A stretch of 64,000 nucleotides of DNA from Octopus vulgaris (taxonomy: Eukaryota). The position numbers were made by a program, and so were the translations under genes. Each line of letters opens with the position of its first letter. Positions within the stretch are counted from its first letter, which is position 1. Under the pieces are notes generated by a model. The model saw only the letters and a list, made by a program, of their open reading frames with translations. It was not told where the DNA came from and ran no database searches. The stretch is from contig OX597821.1 in NCBI GenBank assembly GCA_951406725.2, forward strand, positions 40,610,001 to 40,674,000, read 5' to 3'. This document shows positions 26,585-40,506 of this stretch, piece after piece.

Positions 26585-27820
26585 TTGGTTTAGGTTGGCA
26601 ACTAAGTTACCGCTATTTTTTAAAATTTAAATTTTTTAAAAGGTTTAATAAAAAATAACAACTAATTAATCAATAAAGTATTCACCCTTGTTGCATACAA
26701 CTTCTTCCCAACGTTCAACAAGATTTTTAATACCTTGTTGGTAGAAATCGCCTGATTTCAACTTGGAAAATTAATCAAAATAAGCTCTCGATTCTGCATC
26801 ATTATTGAATGAAACTCCATGCATAGCATTTAAAAGAGATTGAAAGAGGTGGAAATTCGTTGGTACCAAATCAGGTGTGGCAGCACTTCCCAGCCATGCA
26901 TTTGAATGGCTTCTTTGGTCATATTGGCGATATGAGGGCAGGCATTGTCATGCAGCAGAACTTCATGCTGATGATTAGGTCTTTTCTCTCAAATTGCTGT
27001 GTTGAGTCATTCCATCTGTTGAACATAGAATTCTGTGTTGACCGTTTGGTTCTATTCAAGCAATTTGTAATGGATACTCCCTTCCCAATCCCACCATACA
27101 TGGATGAAGATCTTGTTTCACGTGCGATGTTGCTTGTTTACCAGGGCTAAGCCATTCCTTATGCTGCTTCATATTGATGTACAGGCACCATTTTTCGTCA
27201 CCAGTAACGATTTGGTAAAGAAATCGTTGCTTGTGTCTATGAGTTGAGTGGTGACGAGCAAGCAAACCAGTGGAGATTGTGGCTCATTGATTTTTGTTGT
27301 TGTCACTTAAAGCATGCGGAACCCATGCTCCATACTTCTGAACCTTTCCCATTGAGTGAAGGTGCTTCTCTATAGCAGTGTGGGAGCATTCTATTTTCTC
27401 TGCCAGTTCCCTTATCATTTGACGAGAATTTTCATGCAAAAGTTGGTTTAATCGCACTTCATCGAGCTCAACTGAATGGCCAGAATGAGATGCGTCTTTG
27501 AGGTCAAAATTTCCATTTTTGAACTTGGCATACCAATCACGAGCAGTTCTTTCAGCTATGGCACCCTCTCCATACACAGCTCATATGTCGCTTTTGGGAC
27601 CTTAGAACCTTGATTAAAAGCAAAAGGAAGGCAGTTTCGAAAATGATCATTTTTCTAAACTTGACATTCCATTTTAATGATCTGAAAATAAACAAAAATT
27701 AACTTAAATTAACTGGAAAAAAAACCCAAAATAGATTCCAAAATAATTCAAAAATAGAATTCTCGAAAAAAATAGGTTCCAAAATTTAAAAAAGCAGCAG
27801 GAACTTAGTTGCCAACCCAA
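26585..27820 (-). mobile_element. Mariner (Tc1/mariner) DNA transposon, decayed
   Basis: TIRs TTAGGTTGGCAACTAAGT (about 26590) and ACTTAGTTGCCAACCCAA (ending 27820). TA at 26583-84 and 27821-22. It interrupts a SINE whose halves lie on either side. Confidence 0.9.
26666..27672 (-). pseudogene. Mariner transposase pseudogene
   Basis: HTH region (ERTARDWYAKFKNGNFDLKD), WVPHAL, IVTGDEKW, HDNA-like and PDLVPTNFHLF (YSPDLAPSD-like) motifs. Contains stops, frameshifts and deletions. Confidence 0.9.
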
Positions 27821-28030
27821 TAGAAAGAATGGTGCCAGAATGTGGGGCTGAACCCAAATCATGCAGTTGGGAAGCACATTTCTTACTCACACAGCCATGC
27901 TAACACCAAAATATAAAAATAAAGAAATTCCATGTCTTGAAGAATATATTATGTGGCTATAGTAAGTAGAGTGTTCATTATTTACATTATTTACATTTGA
28001 TGGATATTTGTCCTCATCTTGTATGTTATT

Positions 28031-28076
28031 AACACAACGTTTCGGTTGATACACCCTCCAGCCTTCATCAGGTGTC
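28031..28076 (-). ncRNA. Minimal type I hammerhead ribozyme (one stem II mismatch)
   Basis: GACAC-CTGATGA-A-GGCTG(gagggtgtat)CAACC-GAAAC-GTT-GTGTT on the minus strand. Confidence 0.7.
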
Positions 28077-28129
28077 TTGGGGAAATTTCAAACCTGGGTT
28101 CTCATTCCTAAGGTATTTTTCAATGTTAT

Positions 28130-28595
28130 TATCTCTTTTATCTCTTTTATCTCTTTTATCTCTTTTACTTGTTTCAGTCATTTGACTGCGGCCATGCTGG
28201 AGTATCGCCTTCAGTCGAGCAAATCGACACCGGGATCCACTCCTTGTAAGCCCAGTACTTATTCTATCGGTCTCTTTTGCCGAACTGCTAAGTGATGGGG
28301 ACGTAAACACACCAGCATCGGTTGTCAAGCAATGCTAGGGAGACAAACACAGACACACAAACACACACACACACATAAATATATATATATAGACGGAAAC
28401 TGAAAGAAGCCTGTCGTATATATATACATATATACGACAGGCTTCTTTCAGTTTCCGTCTACCAAATCCACTCACAAGGCATTGGTCGGCCCGGGGCTAT
28501 AGCAGAAGACACTTGCCCAAGATGCCACGCAGTGGGACTGAACCCGGAACCATGTGGTTGGTTAGCAAGCTACTTACCACACAGCCACTCCTGCA
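28130..28595 (-). mobile_element. tRNA-derived CORE-like SINE (family B; resembles octopus OR-type SINEs)
   Basis: Head GTGGCTGTGTGGTAAG..GGTTCCGGGTTCAGTCCC, CORE-like CTTGGGCAAGTGTCTT, internal (TA)/(TG) microsatellite and a (AAAAGAGAT)n tail. Other copies at about 3830-4205, 10770-11010, 33966-34330, 39597-39995, 48805-49150, 54205-54620, 60490-60690 and 62703-62870. Confidence 0.8.
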
Positions 28596-28642
28596 CCTAT
28601 TGTAACTATTATTATTATTACTATTATTCTTACTATTATTAC

Positions 28643-28719
<77 letters not shown>

Positions 28720-28740
28720 TTATCATTCAGGTCAGTGCCT

Positions 28741-28793
28741 GGAATCGAACGTGGAATCTTGGAGTTAGTAGCCCATGCTCTTAACCACTATGC
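28741..28793 (-). promoter_or_regulatory. tRNA-like internal Pol III promoter (A and B boxes) heading the hammerhead element
   Basis: Minus strand GCATAGTGGTTAAGAGC (A box) ... GGGCTACTAACTCC (anticodon-like hairpin) ... GTTCGATTCC (B box). Confidence 0.7.
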
Positions 28794-28861
28794 AGTGACC
28801 TGAATAATAATAATAATATTATTATCATTAATAATAAAAAAATGATAATAACAACAACAAC

Positions 28862-28919
<58 letters not shown>

Positions 28920-29869
28920 TTGAAAAATGCCTTAGGAATGAGAACCCAGGTTTGAAATTTCCCCAAGACACCTAATAAAGGCTGGAGGGTATATCAGCCA
29001 AAACATTGTGTTAACAACAAACAAGATGAGGACAAATATCCGTCAAATGTAAATAATGTAAATAATGTGCATAATTCCTCATCTCTTAAATATAGAACGT
29101 AGAGTGTTGTTGTCTAATAAACACATAAGAGACACGCACAAGGTCTTGGCTATATAGGTTTCAGTGAGAATCTACAGTGGCTTTACATTTTTGAAGATGC
29201 ATAATAAATCTCATTAAGCAATTACTGCCAGAAAGCTAAATAAAGGATCCTTATGTTGATATATTTTTCACATTTTTCTGGAAGCAAAAAGATGTTTGGT
29301 TTAAACAAATACACACTTTGCTAAATTTCATATTGTGTTAGTATGTTATTATCTTTGTAACTGAACTAGAATTAATTTCTATATGTTTATCAGGTTTTTT
29401 GGGTTTTTTTTTTTTTCTCAAAACTATTGCCAATCCAACACACTGTCTCATCGCAGCATATACTTACTACTCAAAAGTATTAACACTGCTTGTAAATTCA
29501 GTTGAACTTCATGCTGTCCCTTCCATTATTCTTAAAAGAACTACACCTGAGATCATACATCAAAGCCATCTTTTACATTGGTGTTTTGTGAATACAGACT
29601 CTTTTAGCAGCACAGAAGCATAGTTTTGGATTTCAACTTCTGAAATCAGAAACAAAAGCAACCCCTAACAGTTTCTGACGGTTCTTTCTGCTGATGCAGC
29701 ATAGATAACAAACCAAACACTGCATCCCAAAGATTAATCACTCTCCCAAGAACCAATCAAATTCTTCAGCTCAGAGGAACTACTGCCTCTCATCATCATG
29801 TTCGTCCACTATGGAGAACTGGATTACGTTTACTAGCCTCCTCACTTTAACAAAAAAAAAGAAATAAAA

Positions 29870-29977
<108 letters not shown>

Positions 29978-29978
29978 G

Positions 29979-30067
<89 letters not shown>

Positions 30068-30068
<1 letters not shown>

Positions 30069-30721
30069 TAAATGCCGACTCTGTGGAAAGAGTGTGGAAA
30101 ATGTGACACACTTGGTAAGTGGATGTGAGAGCCTTGTGCCAAAAGAATACAAGCGCTACCACGATAAAGTGTATGTGTATCTTAATTGGTTCTTTTGCTG
30201 TAAATACCAATATGAACAACAGGAAGTAACAGAGAACTGGTACGAGCATGTACCAAGTAAAGTTATACAGGAGGATGGAAAAGTAACAATACTGTGGGAC
30301 TATGATTTTCAGAGAGATCATGTAATCAAACACCGTCGGCCGGATATTATCATATTGAATAAGAGAGTCAAATACTGTCAGATTATTCATGTAGCCATAC
30401 CAAATGACATGAATTCTGTGAGTAAAGAGGTTGAAAAAATCACCAAGTACTCTGAATTGAAAGTCAAAATGGCAACACTGTATGGAATGCGAGAGGGTAA
30501 TGTAAAGTGATACCAGTGATGATTGGAGTGTTGGGCTTAATCCCATTGAAACTTCAAGACTTCTTAAAGTAACTGGAAATCCCATGCAAGATTGATGTCG
30601 TGCAAAAAGCTGCCTTATTGGACACATCTTAAGGAATGTGTTATCTGTCTGAGGTCCTTGTTGTGACTTGACAGGTGACTAAAGACTCCAGTGCATTTTT
30701 ACCTACACTGTGTTACGAAGG
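30068..30721 (+). pseudogene. R4/Dong 3' fragment (copy 3, third subfamily) with frameshifts
   Basis: CRLCGKSVENVTHLVSGC (CCHC), YKRYHD, ILWDY, RRPDIII..VAIP..KITKY, then after a frameshift VIPVMIG..QKAALL..LRNVLSV*. Short 3' UTR. (TAA)n on both sides. Confidence 0.9.
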
Positions 30722-32640
30722 AATAATAATAATAATAATAATAATAGTAATAATAATAATAATAATAATAATGATTTCAAGTTTTGGCACAAGGTCAGCA
30801 AGATTGGTGGAGGGGTAAATCGATTACATTAACCCCAATACATAACTGGTACTTATTTTATCGATCCTGAAAGGATGAAAGGTAAAGTTTACCTCGGTGG
30901 AATTTGAAATGAAAATGCAAAGATGGAAGAAATGCCGCTAATCATTTTGCATGGTGTGTTAATAATCCAAACTGCTCACTGCCTTTCATATCTATAACAT
31001 CAATAATACTAAATAATTCAGTTTAAAATTATCATCATAATAACAGTGACAACGCAATAATAATTATAAGATTGATGGGATTAGAATATATCTTATTCAT
31101 ATGTTGCATCTTAGACTTGGTTCCTGTAGCTGTGTGTTCTTCCTAGCCAATAACCTCTTTACAAGGTGTATCGAGGCATTTCATTATGACGAACCGCTTT
31201 GCAGATTGTATTGGGTATATTTTATCATGGCACCAGCATGAGTGAAGCTGTTTTGTACTCCATAAACTAAAGAGTCTTCACTTCACTCAAGGCAATATGA
31301 TCGTGGATGTGAGTGGAAGAGAGAGTGATGACAGAAGAATGAGGATGAGTGAGTAAAAGGAACAAGAGTGAGATCATAGAAACAGAGTGATTGGGAGGAG
31401 GGTGGGAGTGATAGAGGGTTGGAGTGATAGAAGGGTGGGAGTGATAGAAGGGTGGGAGTGACAGAGAGTAACGATGTGGAAAATGGTAAGATTGAAGAAT
31501 GGATTTCAATAATGATTATCCCACTAGAGAACCCTTGATGTCTTAATATTCCAATTTAGATTTGAACTCTGAACAGAGGAAGTCGATAGTAAATAGTAAC
31601 ATAAGCACAAGACCAAGAATTTGGTGAAGCCATAATAGAAAACTGGTTTCAAATTTTGGCACAAGGCCAGCAATTTGGGGAGAGGAGTTAAGTTGATTAC
31701 ATTGACCTACCACCACCACCACCAGTGTTCATTTGGCACTAATTTTATCGACCCCTAAAGGCAAAGTCAACTGTGTCAGAATTTGAACTCAGAAAGTAAA
31801 GATGGGATGAAACTGCCTGGCATGCTAGTGATTGTACCATCTTGCTGCCCTATCCGTAGTAGAAAGATATAAAGGCAGTTATGTTGATTGCAGTGCTTGA
31901 CTGGTTCTTTACTTTAAATAACAGGAAATGATGACAGACACAGTCCACCTTGGTAGAATTCAGAGAATTAGTGTCATAATTGGATGATGTCAAGTATTTT
32001 GTCTAACACAACACTGATTCTTCCACTCGACTTCCATGTGAAGGCACGTGGCTTAGTGGTAAGTGCATTCAGCTCACAGATGTCAGGTTGCGAGTTCAAT
32101 TCCTGGCAGCTCATTGTGTCCTTAAGTAAAACACTTTATTCCACTTTGCTCCAGTTCACTCATCTGGAAAAAATGAGTTGTGTCTGTGATTTGAAAGGGA
32201 CCAGCCTTGTCACATTCTGTGTCATGCCAAATCTCTCTAACAACTACATTAAGAATATGATTGTCCGTAGACTGTTCAGCCAACTGCATGTTAACTTGAT
32301 GAGCAGGTTGTTCCATTGATCGGATCAATTTGAAGCAGACAATGGAATATCATATCTCCATGTTGATATTAAATCATCTGAGCAATTTAGTGCCAAACAT
32401 TACCATTTCAGTACCATGTCAAAACTGATTTTTAAATTTGGGGCCTAAAGCCTTAAATCTTGGTTCTAAGTATAGTCAAAGTAATCAAGCCTAGTATTTG
32501 ATTGGAAATTTCTTCTATCACTCCCAGAGGGATGAAAAGAGAAGCTGACTCAAACAGGATTTGATCTTGGAGTGTAAATAACCAAAAACCATCTTGTTCA
32601 TTCCTCTACTGTTTTTGCTAATCCACAGACTTACAATAAT

Positions 32641-33480
32641 GGTTTCAAATTTTGGTACAAGGTCAGCACATTCAAGGGAGGCAGCTAGTCAATTACATTT
32701 ACCCCAATACTTCACTGGTACTTATCTTATCGATCCCACAAGGATGAAAGGCAAAGTCGACCTTGGTGGAATTTGAACTCAGAACGTAAAGACAGATGAA
32801 ATATCTCTGAGCATTTTGTCCAGTATGATAATGCTTCTGCCAGCTCGCTACCTTCTACAGCCTTAACAATATTCTTTTCTACTCTAGGCACAAGGCCCGA
32901 AATTTTGGGGGAGTGGGGGGCAGTCAATTAAATAGACCCCAGTATGCAACTGGCACTTAATTTATCGAACCCAAAAGGATGAAAGGCAAAAGCGACCTCG
33001 GCGGAGTTTGAACTCAGAACATAAAGACAGATGAAATACCTATTTCTTTACTACCCACAAGGATTACACACAGAGAGGACAAACAAGGACAGACAAACAG
33101 ATTAAGTTGATTATATCGACCCCAGTGCATAACTGGTACTTATTTAATCGACCCAGGCAAAGTCGACCTCGGCGGAATTTGAACTCAGAACGTAGCGGCA
33201 GATGAAATACCGCTAAGCATTTCACCTAGTGTGCTAACGTTATAACCAGCTTGCCACCTTTAAATAATCTTTTCTACTCTAAGCACAAGGCCTGAAATTT
33301 TGTGGGAGGATCCAGTTGATTAGATCAACCTCAGTATGCCACTGGTACTTAATTTATCGACCCCTGAAAGGATGAAAGGAAAAGTCGACCTTGGCGGAAT
33401 TTGAACTCAGAGCATAAAGAGAGACAAAATACTGCTAAGCATTTCACCCGGCGTGCTAATGATTCTGCCAGCTCACTGCC
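32641..33480 (-). mobile_element. Cluster of four co-oriented family A SINEs
   Basis: The GTCGACCT(C/T)GG..GAATTTGAACTCAG core recurs at about 32756, 32992, 33161 and 33384. Confidence 0.8.
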
Positions 33481-34067
33481 ATCCACAGCCTTACAATATT
33501 GATAACACTATTTATCCTGTGTTTTTTTTCATATCTGTTTCAACATCAATAATATATTATGTTATAATATGATACAGTGCGGTGAGAACAATAATTGGAT
33601 GGAACAATGATATTGGATATTTAAAAAAATAAAAACAAATTCAAAGTTATTAAAAAAATAAGATTAATGAAGATATTATTTTTATGCAACAATTTATTAG
33701 GAAAACCTCTGCAAAGAAAGATATATTTAAAATGAAAATACAAAATTATCCATTTAATCAATAATTATTTTTTCATTCTTTTATTACCTTTAGTTATTGG
33801 ACTTTGGTCATACTGGAGCACGTCCTTGAAGGGTTTATTTCGATCCTATCAACCCCAGATGCATATCGTTATTGATCTTCAATGCTATGAATTGATAAGC
33901 TTCATAATATAAACATCAAGAGCAGTGTTTGAGTAAACACATAAAAGATACACAACAAATATACTCACTGCGTGGCACCTTAGGCAAGTGTCTTCTACTA
34001 TAGCCTCGGGCTGACCAAAGCCTTGTGAGTGGATAGGGTAGACGGAAACTGAAAGAAGCCCGTCGTA

Positions 34068-34115
<48 letters not shown>

Positions 34116-34354
34116 TGTGTGTGTTTGTGTGAGTGTGTTTGTCCCCCTAGCATTGCTTGACAACCGATGCTGGTGTGTTTATGTCCCCGTTACTTAGCGG
34201 TTCGGCAAAAGAGACCGATAGAATAAGTACTGGGCTTACAAAAAGAATAAGTCCTGGGGTTGAGTTGCTCGATTATAGGCGGTGCTCCAGCATGGCCGCA
34301 GTCAAATGACTGAAACAAGTAAAAGAGTAAAAAGAGAGAGTAAAGAGTACGTAC

Positions 34355-34416
<62 letters not shown>

Positions 34417-35219
34417 ATATAAGTGCTGCCTTGACTGGCTTCCATGCCGGTGGCACATAAAAAGCACCATCCGATCGTGGTCGATGCTAGATCCCCTTGA
34501 CCCTGTGCCGGTGGCACCTAAAAAGCACCCACTACACTCTCGGAGTGGTTGGCATTAGGAAGGGCATCAGCTGTAGAAACACTGCCTGATCAGATTGGGG
34601 CCTGGTGCAGCCTCCTGGTTTCCCAGACCCCAGTCGAACCGTCCAACCCATGCCAGTATAAAAATCGAACGTTAAATGATGATGATGATGATATACATAC
34701 ATACATACATACATACAAAAACACAAATACACATACACAGACACATACAACCACCCCATCTAAACTCCACACCACACACGCACACATACACATACACGTA
34801 GCTACATATACATACATACATACATACATGCAATGGCCTTCCATATTGCTTCCATCCACCTGACTCCACTCACAAGTGCTGATCAATCTGAGACAATAAC
34901 AGAAGACAACTTTCTCAAGATGTTATGCAGTGGAATCAAACCCAGATGTACAAGGTTGCAAGACAAGTGTCTTAACCACACAGCCATCCCTACATCAATG
35001 GTACATGCTATGAAAATATGAACATTTTTGCTTAGATCTTTGGAAATAAGACATTTTAAAATTTCAGAATTAACTCTATGATAATTACTAGGATGGTCAT
35101 TTTAATTATCATCTGACCATGTGCATACTTCCTGAATCAATGACAAAATGGTCAGTGGTGTATTACCTTTCACCAGTATTGCACAGAAGATGTGTGGCCA
35201 ATTGCAAGATTGTGGTCTT

Positions 35220-35837
35220 GTTCGGGCAGTACGTTGCATGTGGCCTTGATTCAAGATAGAGCAGGTGTTGCAAGATCGGGCTCATTATTGCAAGATTGTG
35301 GCCTTGATTCCAAGATCAGGCAGTACGTTGCATGTGGCCTTGATTCCAAGATAGAGCAGGACATTGCATGTGGCCTTGATTCCAAGATCGGGCAGTACAT
35401 TGCATGTGGCCTTGATTCCAAGATAGAGCAGTAAGTTGCATGTGGCCTTGATTTCAAGATAGAGCAGTAAGTTGCATGTGGCCTTGATTCCAAGATCGGG
35501 CAGTACATTGCATGTGGCCTTGATTCCAAGATAGAGCAGTAAGTTGCATGTGGCCTTGATTCCAAGATCGGGCAGTACATTGCATGTGGCCTTGATTCCA
35601 AGATAGAGCAGTAAGTTGCATGTGGCCTTGATTCCAACGTCGGACAGTACATTGCATGTGGCCTTGATTCCAACATCGGGCAGTACATTGCATGTGGCCT
35701 TGATCCCAAGATCGGGCAGTACATTGCATGTGGCCTTGATTCCAAGATCGGGCAGTACATTGCATGTGGCCTTGATTCCAAGATCGGGCAGTACATTGCA
35801 TGTGGCCTTGATCCCAAGATCGGGCAGTACATTGCAT
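35220..35837. repeat. 36 bp minisatellite, about 17 copies
   Basis: Unit TTGCATGTGGCCTTGATTCCAAGATCGGGCAGTACA, with variant ..ATAGAGCAGTAAG. No unique spacers. Confidence 0.95.
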
Positions 35838-37854
35838 TGTTGGGCAAAACACTGCATTTCCTATTTTTCCAGTTCCCTCAGCTGAAAGTGATTCATCCTT
35901 AAACTGACACCATTTTAACTTACAAGGAAGTTTTCAGTTCTGTATGTTTGAAACCGATTCTGAGAAATGGCTCCGGTCTCCACCTCCACACTACACTGCC
36001 CAATAATATAATGTGATCTTCTTTGATTACAAAACTGCATGTGATGGTTTGTCTTCCATCTGTCCCTCGTTTGATAAACTTGTTATTCACTGTCATCCAG
36101 CACCATATGTGGATATTATTTCACTGTGAAGAATATCATGGCAACAACAACAACAACAACGAAGATGATGATAATGATGATGATTATGTCGATGATGATG
36201 ATGACACAGATGTCTGTTGCTAACAAACTAGTGAATCGAAAATTAAGCATCAAAATGGACTTTACAAATGTGACCTCTACTTATAGAAGCAATCGTGTGA
36301 GTGTTATTGCAATGATTTCTAAACTTAATGTAATGTGTTTGTGTCTCTTCTTTAGTCTACCCACAACCATTGAACAACAATACATCTGAAAAATCTATTT
36401 CGAATATTTTACTGAATCAGTAAAAAAAAAAAGAAGAAAAAAAAAAAGAAAGAAAGAAAAATAGATTCAACCAGACATTTTATCTATAATATTATATTTG
36501 TTAAAATATCCTTCAGGTTTTTTTTTCTTGGTTCATGTTTTAGACATCTTCAGAAGTATAAATATTACAATTGTGCAACTTATTATTGTTATTATTATAA
36601 ATTTATTTACGTGTATATTTATTAAGTTAGTTTATCATTTTTTTTTTCTGAAGACAATAATGTATACTATCTCATTTTATTTTCCCAAGCACTATCATTT
36701 GAAAAAAAAAAAAAATTTATTATTAATTGTCTGCTGGTTAATTCATTTATCTTTATTTCATCTAAAAGTAAGATGGTCGCTGGTTTGTAAATTACAAACT
36801 TTTTAAACATTTGTTTTCAAGTTCGAGTCACACGGCGATCAATTTATGTTTTACATTTCCCAGGAATAAATAAAATTGGTAACAGCAGTGTATTGTTGGT
36901 GATGTTACGGTACAGCTTCCATGACTAGCCCTGTGCCAAACCAAGAGGTCATACCTTCAAGTATTCCACTTTTTATTTTGATATGTAGTATTTGTTCTCT
37001 CAGCTATGAAAACTCTTATTCACTTTCTACTTACACAGAACTTGAAAATCACATCTAATGTACAACCTAAATATAGGTTGCATAATATCAAACACCAATC
37101 AATAAAGACTAAGCCACAATGTCTCTTATCTGTGAACAGCTGAAGGGAATATCACAAATTGTTCAGCTTTGGATCTTTTAACAAATTATTACAAATTTCC
37201 TATCCAAACAGGAATTTGATCGAAAACTACCACCTACCCAGTTCCTTGATAGGAACTCAGAAGCAAAAATGTCAAATATGTCTTGTAAATTGGCGAGATA
37301 CATATTTTCTGCTGGTTTTGTGTAATCAGAAAATATGGCTGCTAGGAAAGTGTGAGTTATTGTAAATAGTCTCAAGCTTACTTCTGTATTCCTCCATTAG
37401 ATAACAATCACCATTATTTTCAATTAACAATTACTTAGGTGGCCCTAAACTTAAGGCTATATCCTGCTTGCTTGTTAGAAAGTAATTTTCTCCATGATTC
37501 ATTGGAAACTTTTTGTATTAGAACTTTTACGCAAACTTTACATGTTCGATGAAGTATTAATACAACTTCTTTAATATTTATATTTTTACAGATTTGCAAA
37601 TTTTCACTTGAGAGAAGTGAAAATTTTCAAAGATTTGAATTTCAAAAGTATTAAACCACACATCTAGATGTATACAGGTGTTAATAAATAGATATGCATG
37701 TAGTTTTGTAAATATTGCATTTCATGCCTTAATTATTAAACCACTCCACAGAATCTACGAAACCAATTAAGTTTTTTTGCAGTGACTTAATCCACAAAGC
37801 ATGTATCAATTAATATAAAAGATGGAACTCATCAGGTAGAGTTAATAGAGTTAA

Positions 37855-38090
37855 TAAGGTGGCAAGCTGGCAGAAACGTTAGCATGCTGGGCGAAATGCT
37901 TAGCGGTATTTTGTCTGCTGCTATGTTCTGAGTTCAAATTCCGCCAGGGTCGACTTTGCCTTTCATCCTTTCGGGGTTGATTAAATAAGTACCAGTTATG
38001 CACTGGGGTCGATGTAATCAACTTAATCCCTTTGTCTGTCCTTGTCTGTCCCCTCTACGTTTAGACTCCTTGTGGGCAATAAAGAAATAG
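37855..38090 (+). mobile_element. tRNA-related SINE (family A) with Meta-like central domain
   Basis: AGCTGGCAGAAACGTTAGC..GAGTTCAAATTCC..GACTTTGCCTTTCATCCTTTCGGGG..AAGTACCAG. Other copies at about 6170-6290, 13431-13855 (x2), 15361-15587, 17175-17862 (x3), 21842-22070, 30775-30985 and 31647-31850. Confidence 0.8.
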
Positions 38091-39026
38091 ATAGAGTTAA
38101 TCTTCTGTTTAGTAGGTGCCCAATCTTTTCTTTGATACAATACAAGTTTGTTGACTTTTAATTTTACCTGCTTTTATGAGAAAGCTGAGTTAATTTATTT
38201 TACATGATGCAAGGTATCTATCGAGGATATTATAAATATTTCATTTACTACCTTAATTAGTGAACAATTAAGGAATTTGAGGTATAAAACACTCATTAAT
38301 TTTATTTTTCTGAAACCAGTTTACAATGAGAAAACACGTCATGCTGTGATAGCAATTTATGGCTTGTTGAAGTCAACCAGTTCTAATGGCAGGATATGAA
38401 CTGCCAATTTTATCTAACAGTCATTTTTATGGTTTTGTTCAGTTATAATGTAGACATACCAACTTCAGAGAGACAAATTATATAATCACTCATTTGAACT
38501 AAAGAGATAATAAGATATTAAACAAGCAGGCACAAAGTTGGAGGTTTGTATCATTGACAAAATGTTGTGTCTGTGAATGAGACACTTTATCATATCACAA
38601 GTAATTATGACACGGGAAGCCATTTTAATACAGCATCATCATAAAATACGAGGTTTACATTGGTATGTGCTGTGAATTCAGTACCTCCCCCTGTGAGAGT
38701 AAACAGAATTAAAAATCAGGCCCTCCTCTTCTTGTCTTGTCGCCACCATCGCCATCATCATCATCATAATCATCATCATCATAATCATCATCACCACCAC
38801 CACCACCACCACTATCATCATCATCATCATCATCATCACCATCATCGCCACCACCACCATCATCGCCACCACCACCACCACCACCACCACCACCACCACC
38901 ACCACAACCACCACCACAACCACCACAACCACCACCACCACCACCACCACCACCACCATCAGGCCCTCCTCTTCTCGTCTTGTCGCCACCATCGCCATCA
39001 TCATCATCATAATCATCATCACCACC

Positions 39027-39079
<53 letters not shown>

Positions 39080-39090
39080 CCACAACCACC

Positions 39091-39143
<53 letters not shown>

Positions 39144-39596
39144 TTAACATTCCTTTTCCATGCTAGCATGGGTCAGCTGGTTTGAGAGGAGCTGCCCAGC
39201 CAGAGGGCTGCACCGAGCTCCAGACATCTGCAATGGCATCGTTTCTACAGCTGAATGCCCTTCCTAACGTCAGCCACACTACAGAGTGAACTGGGTGCTT
39301 TTTTACGTAGCATCTGCACCAGTGATTTTCATGTGGCACTGGCGTGGATGGTCCATACATGGTGCCAGCATGGGTAGGTACTCTTCATGTGGCATTGGCA
39401 CAGGTGCTTTGTACATGGTATGGTACAAGTGCTTTTCACATCATGTCAGCACAGGGGCTTTTTTATGTGATGCCAGCAATGTGAATAAAGTTCTTTACTT
39501 ATTGATGACTGTTTCTGATCATTAAAATTTAAATTATTGACTCAGTTAAATGAAAAAAAAAAATTCCACAGTATTTAAGTGATTAATCTTTGTAAC

Positions 39597-39760
39597 AGGC
39601 ATGGCTGAGTAGTAAGTAGCTTGCTTACTGACCACGTGGTTCTGGGTTCAGTCCCACTGCATGGCACCTTGGGCAAGTATCTCCTGTTATAGCCTCGGGC
39701 TGACCAAAGCCTTGTGAATGGATTTGGTAGACAGAAACTGAAAGAAGCCCGTCATATGTT

Positions 39761-39808
<48 letters not shown>

Positions 39809-39995
39809 TGTTTGTCCCCCCACCATCGCTTGACAACTGATGTTGGTGTGTTTACATCCCCATAATTTAGCAGTTCAGCAAAAGGATAAGTACTAGGCTT
39901 ACAAAGAATAAGTCCTGGGGTTGAATTGTTCAACTAAAGGCGGCGCTCCAGCATGGCCGCAGTCATATTACTGAAACAAATGAAAGAATAAAAGA
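39597..39995 (+). mobile_element. tRNA-derived CORE-like SINE (family B)
   Basis: Full head-to-tail match to the family B consensus seen in this window. Confidence 0.8.
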
Positions 39996-40348
39996 AAAAA
40001 AAAATGAATGATAAGTCAGTAGTTACAATAACTAAATGTATTATTTGCGAATTTATACCACACCATGGATTCAGTTTCCTTCAGTTTGATACTTTCCTAT
40101 AAGGTCAATATTATAATTGGGAGAATTAACATTTAATAGAGCCACACTCTCATCCATGGAGAGATGTGTCTCACTTCTAAGTTATGCAACAATTCGTTGA
40201 ACTCTGTAGGTTTAAGAATTTGATTAACTAAATTCCTTTAAAGCTTATTTTAGATTGTATTGATCATGTTAATGAATATGTAACTAATTATTTGCATTAT
40301 TTACATTATTTGCCTTTGACGGATATTTGTCCTCATCTTGTTTGTTGT

Positions 40349-40395
40349 TAATACAACATTTCAGCTAATATACCCTCCAGCCTTCATCAGGTGTC
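40349..40395 (-). ncRNA. Degenerate hammerhead ribozyme motif
   Basis: GACAC-CTGATGA-A-GGCTG..TAGCT-GAAAT-GTT-GTATT. The core is retained but the stems carry substitutions. Confidence 0.45.
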
Positions 40396-40449
40396 TTGAG
40401 GAAATTTTGAACCTGGGTTCTCATTCCTAAGGTATTTTTCCATGTTATT

Positions 40450-40487
<38 letters not shown>

Positions 40488-40506
40488 TATTATTATTATT
40501 ATTATT

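Larger units (their letters stand above)
27976..29098. mobile_element. Foldback tRNA-head/(TAA)n/hammerhead element, copy B, with a SINE nested in the left-arm TAA tract
   Basis: 10 bp TSD GTAGAGTGTT at 27966-27975 and 29099-29108. Inverted arms. The tRNA-like head is on the minus strand at 28726-28793. Confidence 0.85.

Noticed and set aside
28726-28793. Functional tRNA gene (also the SINE heads at 25615 and 40695)
   Set aside because: No complete acceptor stem or cloverleaf, and the sequence continues into repeat bodies. These are SINE heads.
35220-35837. CRISPR-like array (36 bp repeats)
   Set aside because: The units are contiguous with no unique spacers, there are no cas genes, and the context is eukaryotic. 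It is a minisatellite.
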